A DNA stretch of 64,000 nt from Poseidonia sp. (GCA_965661285.1 CBFIDD010000002.1:64001-128000); one strand, 5' to 3'. Positions 27,268-36,577 are shown, counted from the stretch's first letter. Notes: generated by a model not told the origin, from the letters alone. Made by a program: numbers and translations.

Positions 27268-27843
27268 TCAAAGGGGCGGTTGGTGAATCAATTGCATGAG
27301 CTCTTGTCGAGCTTCGGGGCGTTCAAAGAAGACACCGCGCATCGCAGATGTGGTCATAACAGCCTGTTGCTTTGCCACGCCGCGACATTGCATGCATCCG
27401 TGCGAAGCCTCGAGGATGACGGCTGCACCAAGGGGTTCCAGTTCGCGTTCGAGGTCGTCAGCGATGCCCTTCGTGATTCGTTCCTGATTTTGCAGTCGCC
27501 TGGCGTGCAATTCGAGGATTCGGGCCAATTTGCTAATGCCAACGATCCGCTCAACAGGTATGTAGGCAACGTGAGCGCGCCCTCGGAACGGCTGGAGATG
27601 GTGTTCGCAGGTTGAAGTGAATTCGATGTTGCGAAGCAAGACGATGCCATCATACCCCTCGCCGTTGAAGGTGGCTTGCAGAAGTTCACTGGCGTCCATG
27701 TCGTAGCCAGCGAATATCTCGCTCCACGACTCCACCACTCGCTTAGGGGTGTTTTTCAACCCTTCACGCTCGACATTGTCCGTGCCTTCGATGTAGCCCA
27801 ACAGCACGCGTACTGCCTCATGCGCTTCGTCTTCTGTTACCAT
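27268..27843 (-). CDS. folE: GTP cyclohydrolase I
   Basis: REGLKNTPKRV, STCEHHLQPF, GISKLAR, LQNQER, HGCMQCRG; start ATG 27843. Confidence 0.95.
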   Translation of the reverse strand: MVTEDEAHEAVRVLLGYIEGTDNVEREGLKNTPKRVVESWSEIFAGYDMDASELLQATFNGEGYDGIVLLRNIEFTSTCEHHLQPFRGRAHVAYIPVERIVGISKLARILELHARRLQNQERITKGIADDLERELEPLGAAVILEASHGCMQCRGVAKQQAVMTTSAMRGVFFERPEARQELMQLIHQPPL

Positions 27844-27844
27844 C

Positions 27845-28012
27845 TCAAATCCTCCTCCCGTGCATCTTGTCAATGGTGTCCAACTGGTCCAACAACTTTC
27901 GACACGCCGTTCGAATGGCATCTGCAAGACTGACAAACTTGTGGTCATCACCGACATGCAGTTTGAGGTCGTCGACCAATTCTTGTGGCATATCAAGTGA
28001 AACCTTGGGCAT
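27845..28012 (-). CDS. Ribbon-helix-helix (CopG/Arc/MetJ-fold) transcriptional regulator, 55 aa, absent from the ORF track
   Basis: Manual translation MPKVSLDMPQELVDDLKLHVGDDHKFVSLADAIRTACRKLLDQLDTIDKMHGRRI*; KVSLDMP beta-strand and S..DAIR helix; one nt separates its stop from the folE ATG. Confidence 0.85.
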   Translation of the reverse strand: MPKVSLDMPQELVDDLKLHVGDDHKFVSLADAIRTACRKLLDQLDTIDKMHGRRI

Positions 28013-28035
28013 GATGAGCGCTCACTGAGCATTGG

Positions 28036-28041
28036 ATATAA
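28036..28041 (-). promoter_or_regulatory. TATA box (TTATAT) of the RHH-folE-queE-queC::msrB-queD operon
   Basis: TTATAT lies 24-29 nt upstream of ATG 28012, consistent with a leaderless transcript. Confidence 0.55.
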
Positions 28042-28070
28042 GTATTCTTATAGTAATACTATAGGAATAC
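28042..28070. promoter_or_regulatory. 29-bp palindrome, putative operator of the RHH regulator
   Basis: GTATTCTTATAGTA-A-TACTATAGGAATAC: 14-bp arms with one mismatch, directly upstream of the TATA box. Confidence 0.7.
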
Positions 28071-28113
28071 CTCAGTCATTTTTCATGTGCTATGTTCACG
28101 GCATGGGCCAATG

Positions 28114-28118
28114 TTCAA
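28114..28118 (+). promoter_or_regulatory. TTCAA element at the TATA-box position of the aminotransferase gene
   Basis: TTCAA begins 30 nt upstream of ATG 28144. Confidence 0.5.
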
Positions 28119-28143
28119 AGGATACCTCGGCAGAAGGCGAACC

Positions 28144-29643
28144 ATGCAGACGGGAGTCACCAAGGACCATGTAGCCCTTCTTCACGAAATCCGTTCCAGT
28201 GTTGGGGACATCACCACACCCGGTCTCCACGACGAAGAGATTCGAGCCTTCCTCGCCCACGACCCCACGCTCGGTCAAGCCATTGACGAGGCATCGAAGC
28301 GCTTTCAAGCGATGGCGCAGGAATATCCCGACTTGTACTTGGATTCCAACGAATTGGAACTGATCACCAAACTCCAAGAAGGATTTGTCAATTTTTACAA
28401 CCCCGCAACGATCAATCCCTACATCGCCCTCGCGGCCCGAGGCCCATGGATCGTCTCCTCCCACGGCGCTGTTATCCACGACAACGGCGGCTACGGTATG
28501 TTGGGGGCCGGACACGGACCAACCGATGTTATTCGGTCCATGTCGGATAACTGGGTGATGGCCAATGTCATGACGGCCTCGTTTTCACAAAAGCGATTGG
28601 AAGAACGTCTTCGAGCCGAACTCGGCCACACACGCGGCTCGTGTCCTTTTGACAAGTTTATCTGCATGAACAGCGGTTCTGAATCGGTTACTGTAAGTCT
28701 GCGAATTGCTGACGTCAATGCGAAACTGATGACGCAGAAAGGCGGCAAACACGAAGGTAAGGACATCAAAATCATGGCTGTCGAGAAAGGTTTCCACGGC
28801 CGAACCGACCGTCCAGCACAAATGTCCCACTCCTGCAAAGGAAAGTATGACAAACACTTGGCGAGCTTCCAAAATCGGGACAACCTCATCCTTGTGCCCG
28901 CAAACGATGTTGAAGCGCTTCAACACGCGTTCACGCAGGCTGAACAGGACAACGTGTTCATTGAACTCCTCGCCATTGAACCCGTGCAAGGCGAAGGCAA
29001 TCCAGGCCAGTGCGTCTCCCGTGAATTTTACGATGCAGCCCGCCGTCTGACCTTGGAACATGACAGCATGCTTCTCGTCGATTCTATTCAAGCCGGTATT
29101 CGCGGCCAAGGCACGCTTTCTGTGGTTGACTACGCTGGGTTTCAGGATTGCGAGGCCCCAGATCTTGAGACATGGTCGAAAGCCATGAATGCAGGACAGT
29201 ATCCTCTCTCTGTGCTCGGGATGAACGAACGGGCATCGAACCTCTACGTCACGGGCATTTACGGAAACACGATGACGACAAACCCGCGAGCGCTTGAAAC
29301 GGCTGTTGCTGTTTTGGACGGCATCACACCTGAGTTGCGGCAAAATATACGAGACCGTGGCGAAGAGTTTGTTGAGAAATTCTCGGCACTCCAACAAGAA
29401 TTCCCTCATGTGATCACAAAAGTTCAGGGAACAGGATTACTCTGCAGCGCCGAACTGGAACCCACACAATTCCCTGTGGTCGGTATGGAGGCCGTAGAAC
29501 CCTGGTGCAGGCGGAGAGGCCTCGGTGTGATTCATGGAGGAGAAAATGCCCTTCGTTTCACGCCCCACTTCAACATCACATCCAAAGAGATCGACCTCCT
29601 TGTGGACATCGTCCGTGAGGCCATCATTGCATTTGGTGCCTAG
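28144..29643 (+). CDS. Class III PLP-dependent aminotransferase
   Basis: MNSGSES, GFHGRT, EPVQGEG, VDSIQAG, WSKAM (PLP lysine), GNTM, LRFTP. Confidence 0.9.
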   Translation: MQTGVTKDHVALLHEIRSSVGDITTPGLHDEEIRAFLAHDPTLGQAIDEASKRFQAMAQEYPDLYLDSNELELITKLQEGFVNFYNPATINPYIALAARGPWIVSSHGAVIHDNGGYGMLGAGHGPTDVIRSMSDNWVMANVMTASFSQKRLEERLRAELGHTRGSCPFDKFICMNSGSESVTVSLRIADVNAKLMTQKGGKHEGKDIKIMAVEKGFHGRTDRPAQMSHSCKGKYDKHLASFQNRDNLILVPANDVEALQHAFTQAEQDNVFIELLAIEPVQGEGNPGQCVSREFYDAARRLTLEHDSMLLVDSIQAGIRGQGTLSVVDYAGFQDCEAPDLETWSKAMNAGQYPLSVLGMNERASNLYVTGIYGNTMTTNPRALETAVAVLDGITPELRQNIRDRGEEFVEKFSALQQEFPHVITKVQGTGLLCSAELEPTQFPVVGMEAVEPWCRRRGLGVIHGGENALRFTPHFNITSKEIDLLVDIVREAIIAFGA

Positions 29644-30857
29644 GAAAGACTCGTCACGATGTCTTCTCGCTTGAATTGGCGGGCTGCATAGTAGGCCGCA
29701 GCGAGCGCATACAGACTTGAAGAAACCAGCCATATGGCAACATGGCCGTACACAATTCTGTTCATCAGCAATTCCCTGAGGGCCAACAAGACATTGACCA
29801 CCGGGATGGCAAACCAGAAGGCCTCAATACCGTCGAGGTTGATGACCTGTGTGAACAATGCAGGAAACAAAATGATGAGGACGGCGGGGCCAAGTATCGA
29901 GCCAGCCTCCTTCACGCTATGAGATCGCATGGCAAGGGCAAGTTCGAACGCCACCACCATGATGGCGAATAACAAGACGGCCAAACACAGGAGCATGAGT
30001 GCCTGCAGCGATACGCTCGGCGTTGAAATGACATCGGATGTTGCCAAATAACCAATGGCAAAAAGCAAACCAGCCACTTGCAAGAGCACACCAACACCTG
30101 TAATGGTCGCCACAGCAAGCCATTTTCCGAGCAGCAACTCCATGCGCGTGCATGGGAGGCCCAGCAACGCCTCCAGTGTTCCCCGCTCCCGTTCCCCCGC
30201 TGTCATGTCAATCGAGGGCTGGATAGCGGATGAAAACGTCCAGACCGAAAGAACCAGTGGAATGAACAACGACAGGGCCATGCCAGCCTGCTCCCCTGAT
30301 GTTGCTGTATCGCTTTGTGAAACATCTCCGTCCCATTGGAGCGGGTCGAGTGTATCTTCCGGGTCAAGCCCTGCCGCTTCTATGCGACGCACGGTTTCGT
30401 TTTCCTCCCAAGTTGACAAAATATCGAATGTTCGGCTACGCGCTTCTATGCTCTGTTCGGACGTCGATAGATAGAGGACAGCGTATTCCAGTATGCTTTC
30501 GTTCATCCGCAACCGAAGAATGACGTCCGTTGACCCGTTCCTTAATCGGTCTTCATCCCCTCCAGATGCCGAGAGTGGGTCCACGGCAGGGAGCGGCTCA
30601 TACGTGATTTCTAACGTCGAATTGTTGAGCAGGAGACCGAGATCTTCCGGAATTTCATCTGCTTGAACCACGACCTCAACCGTGAGTGCATCCAGCTCTG
30701 CCGCCTCTGATGCAAGCAGTAACGGAAACAGAATGAACAGCAGTGGGAACATGAGGAGCGGAATCACCAGAATCGCCAAAATGGTGCGCCAATCGCGTAC
30801 GAACTCAACCAGTTCCTTCTTCGCAATGGCGCGAATTCGAAGGCTGGATTTACTCAT
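29640..30857 (-). CDS. ABC-2 transporter permease (NatB-like)
   Basis: AKKELVEFVRDWRT, AGERERGTLEALL.LP..ELLLGK, multiple TM helices. Confidence 0.9.
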   Translation of the reverse strand: MSKSSLRIRAIAKKELVEFVRDWRTILAILVIPLLMFPLLFILFPLLLASEAAELDALTVEVVVQADEIPEDLGLLLNNSTLEITYEPLPAVDPLSASGGDEDRLRNGSTDVILRLRMNESILEYAVLYLSTSEQSIEARSRTFDILSTWEENETVRRIEAAGLDPEDTLDPLQWDGDVSQSDTATSGEQAGMALSLFIPLVLSVWTFSSAIQPSIDMTAGERERGTLEALLGLPCTRMELLLGKWLAVATITGVGVLLQVAGLLFAIGYLATSDVISTPSVSLQALMLLCLAVLLFAIMVVAFELALAMRSHSVKEAGSILGPAVLIILFPALFTQVINLDGIEAFWFAIPVVNVLLALRELLMNRIVYGHVAIWLVSSSLYALAAAYYAARQFKREDIVTSLS

Positions 30858-31674
30858 CCTCGCCCACCTCCTTCGGGGTCTTTGGTGTAAACAGTCCCCG
30901 CCACCATGACGACCATCGAGACAGCGGTTTGTCGTCTTCATGACGCGGTCGTGCTTCGTCCCCCGTCAGAGCCACATAGGCCTCTTCGAGATGTTGAGTT
31001 TGTGTGAGGGCAAGGAGTTCATCCGGGGTTCCATCTGCACGAACTTGCCCGTTGTGTATGATGACAATTCTATTGCAGACGCGTTGTGCTTCCTCCAGTT
31101 GGTGGGTTGAATAGATCACAGTGCCACCCTCTTCGCCGAGTTGATGGACGAGTTGGCGTACCGTTCTTGCACTCGTCACATCCAAACCTGCGGTTGGTTC
31201 GTCAAGCAGCAGTACTCTTGGAGCATGCACCAGCGCTCGGAGCAACGCTGTTTTTTGCCGCATACCGCGAGAAAATCCCTTGGTGTGTCGGCCCAATACA
31301 TCCGCCATGCCCAAATGCTGAGCGAAATACATGGTTCGCCTCCAAGCTTCATCATCGGCAATACCATGGATTCGAGCGTGATAGCGAATATTTTCCCATG
31401 CAGTGAGCCGCGAATACAGTCCTGTATTTTCCGGTACAACACCGAGTTGACTCCTCGCACGCTCAACCTCTGTCCCATCAGAGAGACGAACATCACCCGT
31501 TGTTGGTCGGTAAACCCCTGAAAGCAGTCGCAATAACGTGGTCTTGCCCGCACCGTTTGAACCTACCAGCCCGATGATTTCCCCTTCATGTATGTCCAAG
31601 TCAATGCTTTCCAGTGCTACGACGTCACCGAAGCGCTTGGAGGCACTCCGAACGGAGAGCAGTGCTGGCCTCAT
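30850..31674 (-). CDS. ABC transporter ATP-binding protein (NatA-like)
   Basis: GSNGAGKTT (Walker A), FSRGM signature, LLLDEPT, STH. Confidence 0.93.
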   Translation of the reverse strand: MRPALLSVRSASKRFGDVVALESIDLDIHEGEIIGLVGSNGAGKTTLLRLLSGVYRPTTGDVRLSDGTEVERARSQLGVVPENTGLYSRLTAWENIRYHARIHGIADDEAWRRTMYFAQHLGMADVLGRHTKGFSRGMRQKTALLRALVHAPRVLLLDEPTAGLDVTSARTVRQLVHQLGEEGGTVIYSTHQLEEAQRVCNRIVIIHNGQVRADGTPDELLALTQTQHLEEAYVALTGDEARPRHEDDKPLSRWSSWWRGLFTPKTPKEVGEDE

Positions 31675-31681
31675 CGCCAGC

Positions 31682-31990
31682 TCAACTCGCACGACCTGAT
31701 TCAACAGCCCAGTTTAGTCCCGGGTGTTTTGATTCTATTCGATTCGCTCGCATCAGTGTTGAGCGCAAGTGCTCTTGAATCTCGGCTTGGGGTACGCCCA
31801 TGTCGATCATGTTGGCGACCAGCTCAATCGCACCTTGAATCGCCCCTGCATCCAAGTAAGCTTCGTTGGAGATGGAGCGTTGAACTCGGAGTTCCTCCAA
31901 TCGACCAGCAAGGTAGTGAACTTCACCCTTCAGTTTTGGTGCATCAATGTAAGGCAGGGCTAGCAATTGGTCAATGCAGGTCCTCATCAT
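31682..31990 (-). CDS. Hypothetical helical protein
   Basis: Fills the gap between mce and the ABC ATPase on the same strand; no motif recognised. Confidence 0.6.
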   Translation of the reverse strand: MMRTCIDQLLALPYIDAPKLKGEVHYLAGRLEELRVQRSISNEAYLDAGAIQGAIELVANMIDMGVPQAEIQEHLRSTLMRANRIESKHPGLNWAVESGRAS

Positions 31991-32029
31991 CCTACTTATG
32001 ACCAAGGCCGATTATAGGTATTGGCATTG

Positions 32030-32464
32030 TCATGGACTGGACCGCTCACACAATTCAACAAGGACACCGCCGGTGGATGCGGGATGAACAAAGGCGATCA
32101 TTTTTCCACCAGCTCCTTTTCGAGGGACCTCATCGATAAGCCGCACCCCGTGACTTGACAGGTGAGCCAGCAAACCGGTCAGGTCTCCAACCGAAAAACA
32201 GACCTGCTGCACACCAGGGCCTCGCTTGTCCAGAAATTTTCCAATGGGCGTGTCGGGCCCGGTTGGCTCAAGCAATTCCACCTTTGGAACGGGTGCGTGG
32301 TCATCCATTTCGGATGTTGAGAAAAAACGGGTGATGACGCCTTGGTCGGCCACTTCTTCATCATCACCCTGCTTCAAACCGATAAGACGCCAAAAGTCGC
32401 TGTTGTCGTCCAGATGATTGGCGGCAATGCCGATGTGGTCGATGTATACGGGTCCAAAACTCAT
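32030..32464 (-). CDS. mce: Methylmalonyl-CoA epimerase (VOC family)
   Basis: IDHIGIA, ELLEP..PIGKFL..RGPG, FVHPASTGGVLVEL; follows the mutase. Confidence 0.9.
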   Translation of the reverse strand: MSFGPVYIDHIGIAANHLDDNSDFWRLIGLKQGDDEEVADQGVITRFFSTSEMDDHAPVPKVELLEPTGPDTPIGKFLDKRGPGVQQVCFSVGDLTGLLAHLSSHGVRLIDEVPRKGAGGKMIAFVHPASTGGVLVELCERSSP

Positions 32465-32473
32465 TATTTCACC

Positions 32474-34057
32474 TCAAAATCCACTTGGTGCCATGTACGT
32501 GCCGAACTCATCTTTCATTGCATTCATGATCTCACCAAGCGTGGCGCGAGAACGAACGGCATTGATGACATGTGGGAAGAGATTTTCACCACTTGCGGCG
32601 GCTGACTTGACCGACAGAAGTATCGCCGATACAGCATCATTGTCTCGTGTCGAACGCAACTCGTTGAGCCGTTCTGTCTGTCGCTCACCCAGGGATGCGT
32701 CGGTCTTCATGATGGGGATGCCTTCGGTTTCATCCATTTCCCCGTAGTTAACACCGACAATGTTACGCTTCTTGTGCTCAATTTCATTGAGATACTGATA
32801 GGCCGAGAGATGAATTTCTTGTTGCTGCCATCCTTGTTCAATGGCGGCGAGTGCGCCGCCTTTTTGTTCAATGGCCTCAATGAGCGCCATGGATTCGTCG
32901 TAGATGGACTTCGTCAGGTGCTCGACATGCCAAGAACCCGCCATTGGATCGACCGAATCAGCGACGCCCGACTCCTCCGCAATGATTTGTTGCGTTCGTA
33001 GTGCAACCGTCGCTGATGCTTCTGTTGGCAGGCCGAGGGCTTCGTCGAAGGAATTTGTGTGCAGACTTTGTGTGCCACCGAGCACCGCGGCCAACGCTTG
33101 GATGGTGACTCGGGCAACATTGTTGAGAGGTTGTTGGGCGGTGAGGCTCACACCGGCGACCTGTGTGTGGAAGCGGAGCATGGTGGATTTTGGGTTCTGT
33201 GGGCTATATCGCGACGTCATCAAATCGTGCCAAAGGGTTCTCGCTGCTCTAAATTTGGCTATTTCTTCGAAAAAATCATTATGGCAGTTAAAGAAAAACG
33301 ACAGCCGAGGAGCAAACGTGTCGACTTCGAGTCCTGTTTTAACCGCTGCTTCAACATAAGCCAAGGCGTTAGCAAGGGTGAACGCCAATTCCTGAATTGC
33401 GGTTGAACCGGCTTCCCGTATATGGTAGCCTGAAATGGAGATGGTGTTCCATTTTGGAACATGTTGGGCGCAGTATTCGAAAATATCCGTGATCAGGCGC
33501 ATGCTCTGTTTTGGGGGGAAAACATAGGTGCCCCTCGCAATGTATTCTTTGAGAATGTCGTTTTGAATGGTCCCTTTGAGATCACGCATTGACGCCCCTT
33601 GCTCTTCTGCTGCGACGATGTACATGGCCAAGAGGATCATGGCAGGTGCGTTGATGGTCATGGATGTACTGACAGCGTCCAAAGGAATCCCATCAAACAA
33701 AATTTTCATGTCTTCAACTGAGGAGATGGATACCCCCACCTTGCCGACCTCCCCGTACGACAATTCATCATCGGCATCGAGTCCAAGTTGGGTGGGCAAA
33801 TCAAACGCAACCGAGAGACCCATTTGGCCACGTTCAAGCAGCAACTTGAACCGTTCATTGGTGGCTTCGGCACTGGAGAACCCAGCGTATTGACGCATGG
33901 TCCACAATCGTGAACGGTACATCGTCTCATGGATGCCTCGCGTGTACGGCGGTTGTCCTGCCGGCGAGAGATTTGCACCGTCGGTCTTTCCTGTGTGCGT
34001 GAGAGGTAGCGGCAAACCACTCAGCGTGCGCCAATCCGGTTTGCGCTCTTTGGCCAT
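32474..34057 (-). CDS. Methylmalonyl-CoA mutase, substrate-binding (large) subunit
   Basis: TMRQYAGF, GLSVAFDLPT, QNDILKEYIARGTY, GYHIREAG, HTNSFDEA; the Tyr and Arg specificity residues indicate methylmalonyl-CoA; no B12-binding domain. Confidence 0.93.
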   Translation of the reverse strand: MAKERKPDWRTLSGLPLPLTHTGKTDGANLSPAGQPPYTRGIHETMYRSRLWTMRQYAGFSSAEATNERFKLLLERGQMGLSVAFDLPTQLGLDADDELSYGEVGKVGVSISSVEDMKILFDGIPLDAVSTSMTINAPAMILLAMYIVAAEEQGASMRDLKGTIQNDILKEYIARGTYVFPPKQSMRLITDIFEYCAQHVPKWNTISISGYHIREAGSTAIQELAFTLANALAYVEAAVKTGLEVDTFAPRLSFFFNCHNDFFEEIAKFRAARTLWHDLMTSRYSPQNPKSTMLRFHTQVAGVSLTAQQPLNNVARVTIQALAAVLGGTQSLHTNSFDEALGLPTEASATVALRTQQIIAEESGVADSVDPMAGSWHVEHLTKSIYDESMALIEAIEQKGGALAAIEQGWQQQEIHLSAYQYLNEIEHKKRNIVGVNYGEMDETEGIPIMKTDASLGERQTERLNELRSTRDNDAVSAILLSVKSAAASGENLFPHVINAVRSRATLGEIMNAMKDEFGTYMAPSGF

Positions 34058-34099
34058 GTCAACGACATGGCAAGCCACTTCATCAAGACTCGCCTTGAG

Positions 34100-34609
34100 T
34101 CAGTGGTGATGTCCGCCTGGACCGTGTGCATGGCCGTGAGCCAACTCTTCTTCCGATGCTTCACGAACATCGACCACTTCAACTGAAAATTTCAGTGTCT
34201 TCCCAGCCATTGGTGGATTGAAATCGGCGGTTACGGTTTCATCGGTGAGCGCGACCACGATGAATTGCGAAGGACCATGAGGCATCTGAGCAACCAAGGG
34301 CATGCCAACCTCTAGCGAAGCCCCTTCCATTGCCTCCAATTGAGCAAAATTTGCCCGAGGAATCTCAAGCACGGCTTCTTCATCTCGTGGTCCGTATGCG
34401 CGGTCGGGTTCAAGGGTGAACTCACGTCGCTCGCCCTTGGTGGCTCCCATCAATTCTTCCTCAAATCCGGGGATCATTTGGCGGTGACCGACCAAGAATG
34501 TGAGGGGGTCTCGTCCTTCGCTGCTGTCAAAGACCTCCCCGTTATCAGGCAATGTTCCCGTGTAGTGGACGCTGGCTACGATATTCTCTGCAATGGTAAG
34601 TTCTGTCAT
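34100..34609 (-). CDS. slyD: FKBP-type peptidyl-prolyl isomerase, SlyD-like
   Basis: VHYTG..FDSS..MIPGFEE..AYG..DFNPPMAGKTL; His-rich tail HGHAHGPGGHHH. Confidence 0.9.
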   Translation of the reverse strand: MTELTIAENIVASVHYTGTLPDNGEVFDSSEGRDPLTFLVGHRQMIPGFEEELMGATKGERREFTLEPDRAYGPRDEEAVLEIPRANFAQLEAMEGASLEVGMPLVAQMPHGPSQFIVVALTDETVTADFNPPMAGKTLKFSVEVVDVREASEEELAHGHAHGPGGHHH

Positions 34610-34614
34610 GGTGT

Positions 34615-35472
34615 TCATCTCCTTGTTGTCATTCGTTTGACTAGATTTTTGAGTTCAGACCCAACATCCTCTGGAAGGATGAGTTCTGCCTCTTTTTGTT
34701 CGATGTAGGCAAGGCAATCCTCAATGCCGAGGCGTTCTCCTTTGGCCCAAACCTGGCCCAGCACATTCGAACGGTGTTCCTCGGGCACGTTGGGATTGTC
34801 AAGAATATCCTTTGCTGCGTATTTGTATTCCAAATACTTCTGGCGGTTCAGCTTTTTCTCTTGCTTTTGGCGACCGCCACCCTTCTTGTCCCACCGACGA
34901 CGACTTCGCCGACGATCCTTCTTTGCCTCAATTTTCGTTTCAATGGTAGCGAATACATTTTTTGCCTTCTTCATCGATATTGATGCGGCGCCGTCTGACT
35001 CGACGAAATCGGCGGCGGGCTGAACGTGCTGTGTTTGAGCCTCAGATACAATGGTGTCCGGTTCCTGAACTGCAGAGGTGAGTTCGGGTGCTGCTTCAAT
35101 TCTCGACGCACTCATTTTGGCTGCCTCGGACTTTCGTCGAAGTTCAGCGAGGCGGTCTTCGTGAGATTGTACGAGCGGTTTTTCCTCCTTCACTTTTGGA
35201 GTCTCGACCGGCACGGGTGCGGGGGCGACGGCGGGGGCGGAGACGTCACCTTTTTGCTCAAGTTTTTCCATCGCTTCACGCTGTTTGCGCTCAAATTCAG
35301 CCTTGATGTCTCGTGGCTGAGGTGTGGGTACCTCTGGGGGAGGTGTCGGTCGACGTGGATTTTGCCGCTCTCGGTCTTCACGACGTCGACGATGCTGCTG
35401 TGAAGCATCTTTGGCGAAGGGATTGAACTCTTCTTTTCTGCCTCTGCGTCGATTGATTTCTAAGGCCCCCAA
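34615..35472 (-). CDS. Hypothetical protein (disordered N-terminus, helical C-terminal domain)
   Basis: Long ORF with a TTG start and TTTAAA about 26 nt upstream; C-terminal NVLGQVWAKGER helical segment. Confidence 0.7.
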   Translation of the reverse strand: MGALEINRRRGRKEEFNPFAKDASQQHRRRREDRERQNPRRPTPPPEVPTPQPRDIKAEFERKQREAMEKLEQKGDVSAPAVAPAPVPVETPKVKEEKPLVQSHEDRLAELRRKSEAAKMSASRIEAAPELTSAVQEPDTIVSEAQTQHVQPAADFVESDGAASISMKKAKNVFATIETKIEAKKDRRRSRRRWDKKGGGRQKQEKKLNRQKYLEYKYAAKDILDNPNVPEEHRSNVLGQVWAKGERLGIEDCLAYIEQKEAELILPEDVGSELKNLVKRMTTRR

Positions 35473-35518
35473 ATTGATTCTGCTCGCTACCCTTTAAAAA
35501 CCGTATTCATTGAATTGT

Positions 35519-36526
35519 CTACGACCAGACGATTGGCGTTTGGTCGGTTCTGAGATATTGGTCAATGCCGCTCTGTTCCAATGAGGTGGTTCGCTTCTTC
35601 AATTCGAGCCACCCCAACAGTGCAATCATGGTGCCGTTGTCAATGCAATACATCCGCGGCGGGGCAAACGAAGCACCTTCTCGGTCGCTGGACATTTCTT
35701 CACACATGGTACGAATACGTTGATTGCAAGCAACACCTCCTCCCAGGAGCAACTCAGATTTTCCTGTGTGGGCCATGGCCCTCTCCGCAACTTCTACGCA
35801 GGAAGCAAAGGCGTGTTCCTGAAGTGACCAGCACACAGCGTTCAGGGGTGCACCGTTGTCAATCAATCGCTGCGCTGCGGTGAGCAATCCGGAGAAGGCC
35901 AAGTCCATGCCGCGAACGGCGTAGGGGAGCTGAAGTCCTTCCATATCGGGATTGGGATTCTCTCGCAGATATTCCTGTGCCAACTGTTCAATTTTTGGCC
36001 CGCCGGGAAATGGGATGCCTTGGTTTCGGGCGAATTTATCGAGCATGTTTCCGATGCCGATGTCAAGGGTTTCGCCCAGTACACGGTACCGGCCGTTGAG
36101 TCGGGCGATCACCTGCGTGTTCCCTCCAGAAACATAGAGCAAGACAGGGTCATCACATCCGCATTGTTGCCGGCCAATTTCAATGTGCGCGACGCAGTGG
36201 TTGACGCCGATAAGGGGGACATCTATTCGAGTCGCAAGGCCACGGGCAATGGCAGCGCCAACCCTCAGGCATGGACCGAGTCCGGGGCCTTGGGAGTACG
36301 CCACGGCACCGATATCGTCGATGGAAAGTTTGTGTTGGTCAAGGACCTTGGTAAAGAGGTCTGCCGCCACGTCTTTGTGGTGGTCGGCGGCTTCACGTGG
36401 GTGAATTCCACCTTCATCGGGTCGTAGCGTATCGCTTGCTGCTGGATATGGAATGCCGTCGGCATCAACCAATCCAAACGATAGCGTGTGGGCCGTCGTC
36501 TCGATGCCCAGCGTCCATGCTCCCAT
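35519..36526 (-). CDS. kae1: KEOPS t6A threonylcarbamoyltransferase Kae1/TsaD
   Basis: GIETTAH, GGIHPREAADHH, GPGLGPCL, VNHCVAHIE, YVSGGNTQ, IDNGTMIA. Confidence 0.96.
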   Translation of the reverse strand: MGAWTLGIETTAHTLSFGLVDADGIPYPAASDTLRPDEGGIHPREAADHHKDVAADLFTKVLDQHKLSIDDIGAVAYSQGPGLGPCLRVGAAIARGLATRIDVPLIGVNHCVAHIEIGRQQCGCDDPVLLYVSGGNTQVIARLNGRYRVLGETLDIGIGNMLDKFARNQGIPFPGGPKIEQLAQEYLRENPNPDMEGLQLPYAVRGMDLAFSGLLTAAQRLIDNGAPLNAVCWSLQEHAFASCVEVAERAMAHTGKSELLLGGGVACNQRIRTMCEEMSSDREGASFAPPRMYCIDNGTMIALLGWLELKKRTTSLEQSGIDQYLRTDQTPIVWS

Positions 36527-36549
36527 GGCGTTTCCACAAACCTATTGTT

Positions 36550-36555
36550 CTTCAA
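36550..36555. promoter_or_regulatory. CTTCAA/TTGAAG element shared by the divergent kae1 and hutI genes
   Basis: Reads TTGAAG at -29 from kae1 ATG 36526 and TTCAA at -27 from hutI ATG 36578. Confidence 0.45.
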
Positions 36556-36577
36556 CCCTCTTCTCAGTCATATGCCC

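Noticed and set aside
24980-27843. que genes as a Dpd DNA-modification island or a QueC-based defence system (Qat, CBASS type IV)
   Set aside because: No dpdA/TGT paralogue, helicase, TatD, QatA ATPase or CD-NTase is nearby and the flanks are housekeeping genes. Supplying archaeosine precursor is the simpler explanation.
27844-28032. 63-aa N-terminal extension of FolE shown in the ORF track
   Set aside because: It is an open frame overlapping the RHH gene in another frame. FolE similarity begins at ATG 27843, which has a GGAGG RBS.
32474-34057. Isobutyryl-CoA mutase, or a truncated mutase pseudogene
   Set aside because: The Tyr (RQYAGF) and Arg (IARGT) residues indicate methylmalonyl-CoA specificity. 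A separately encoded B12-binding subunit is normal in archaea.
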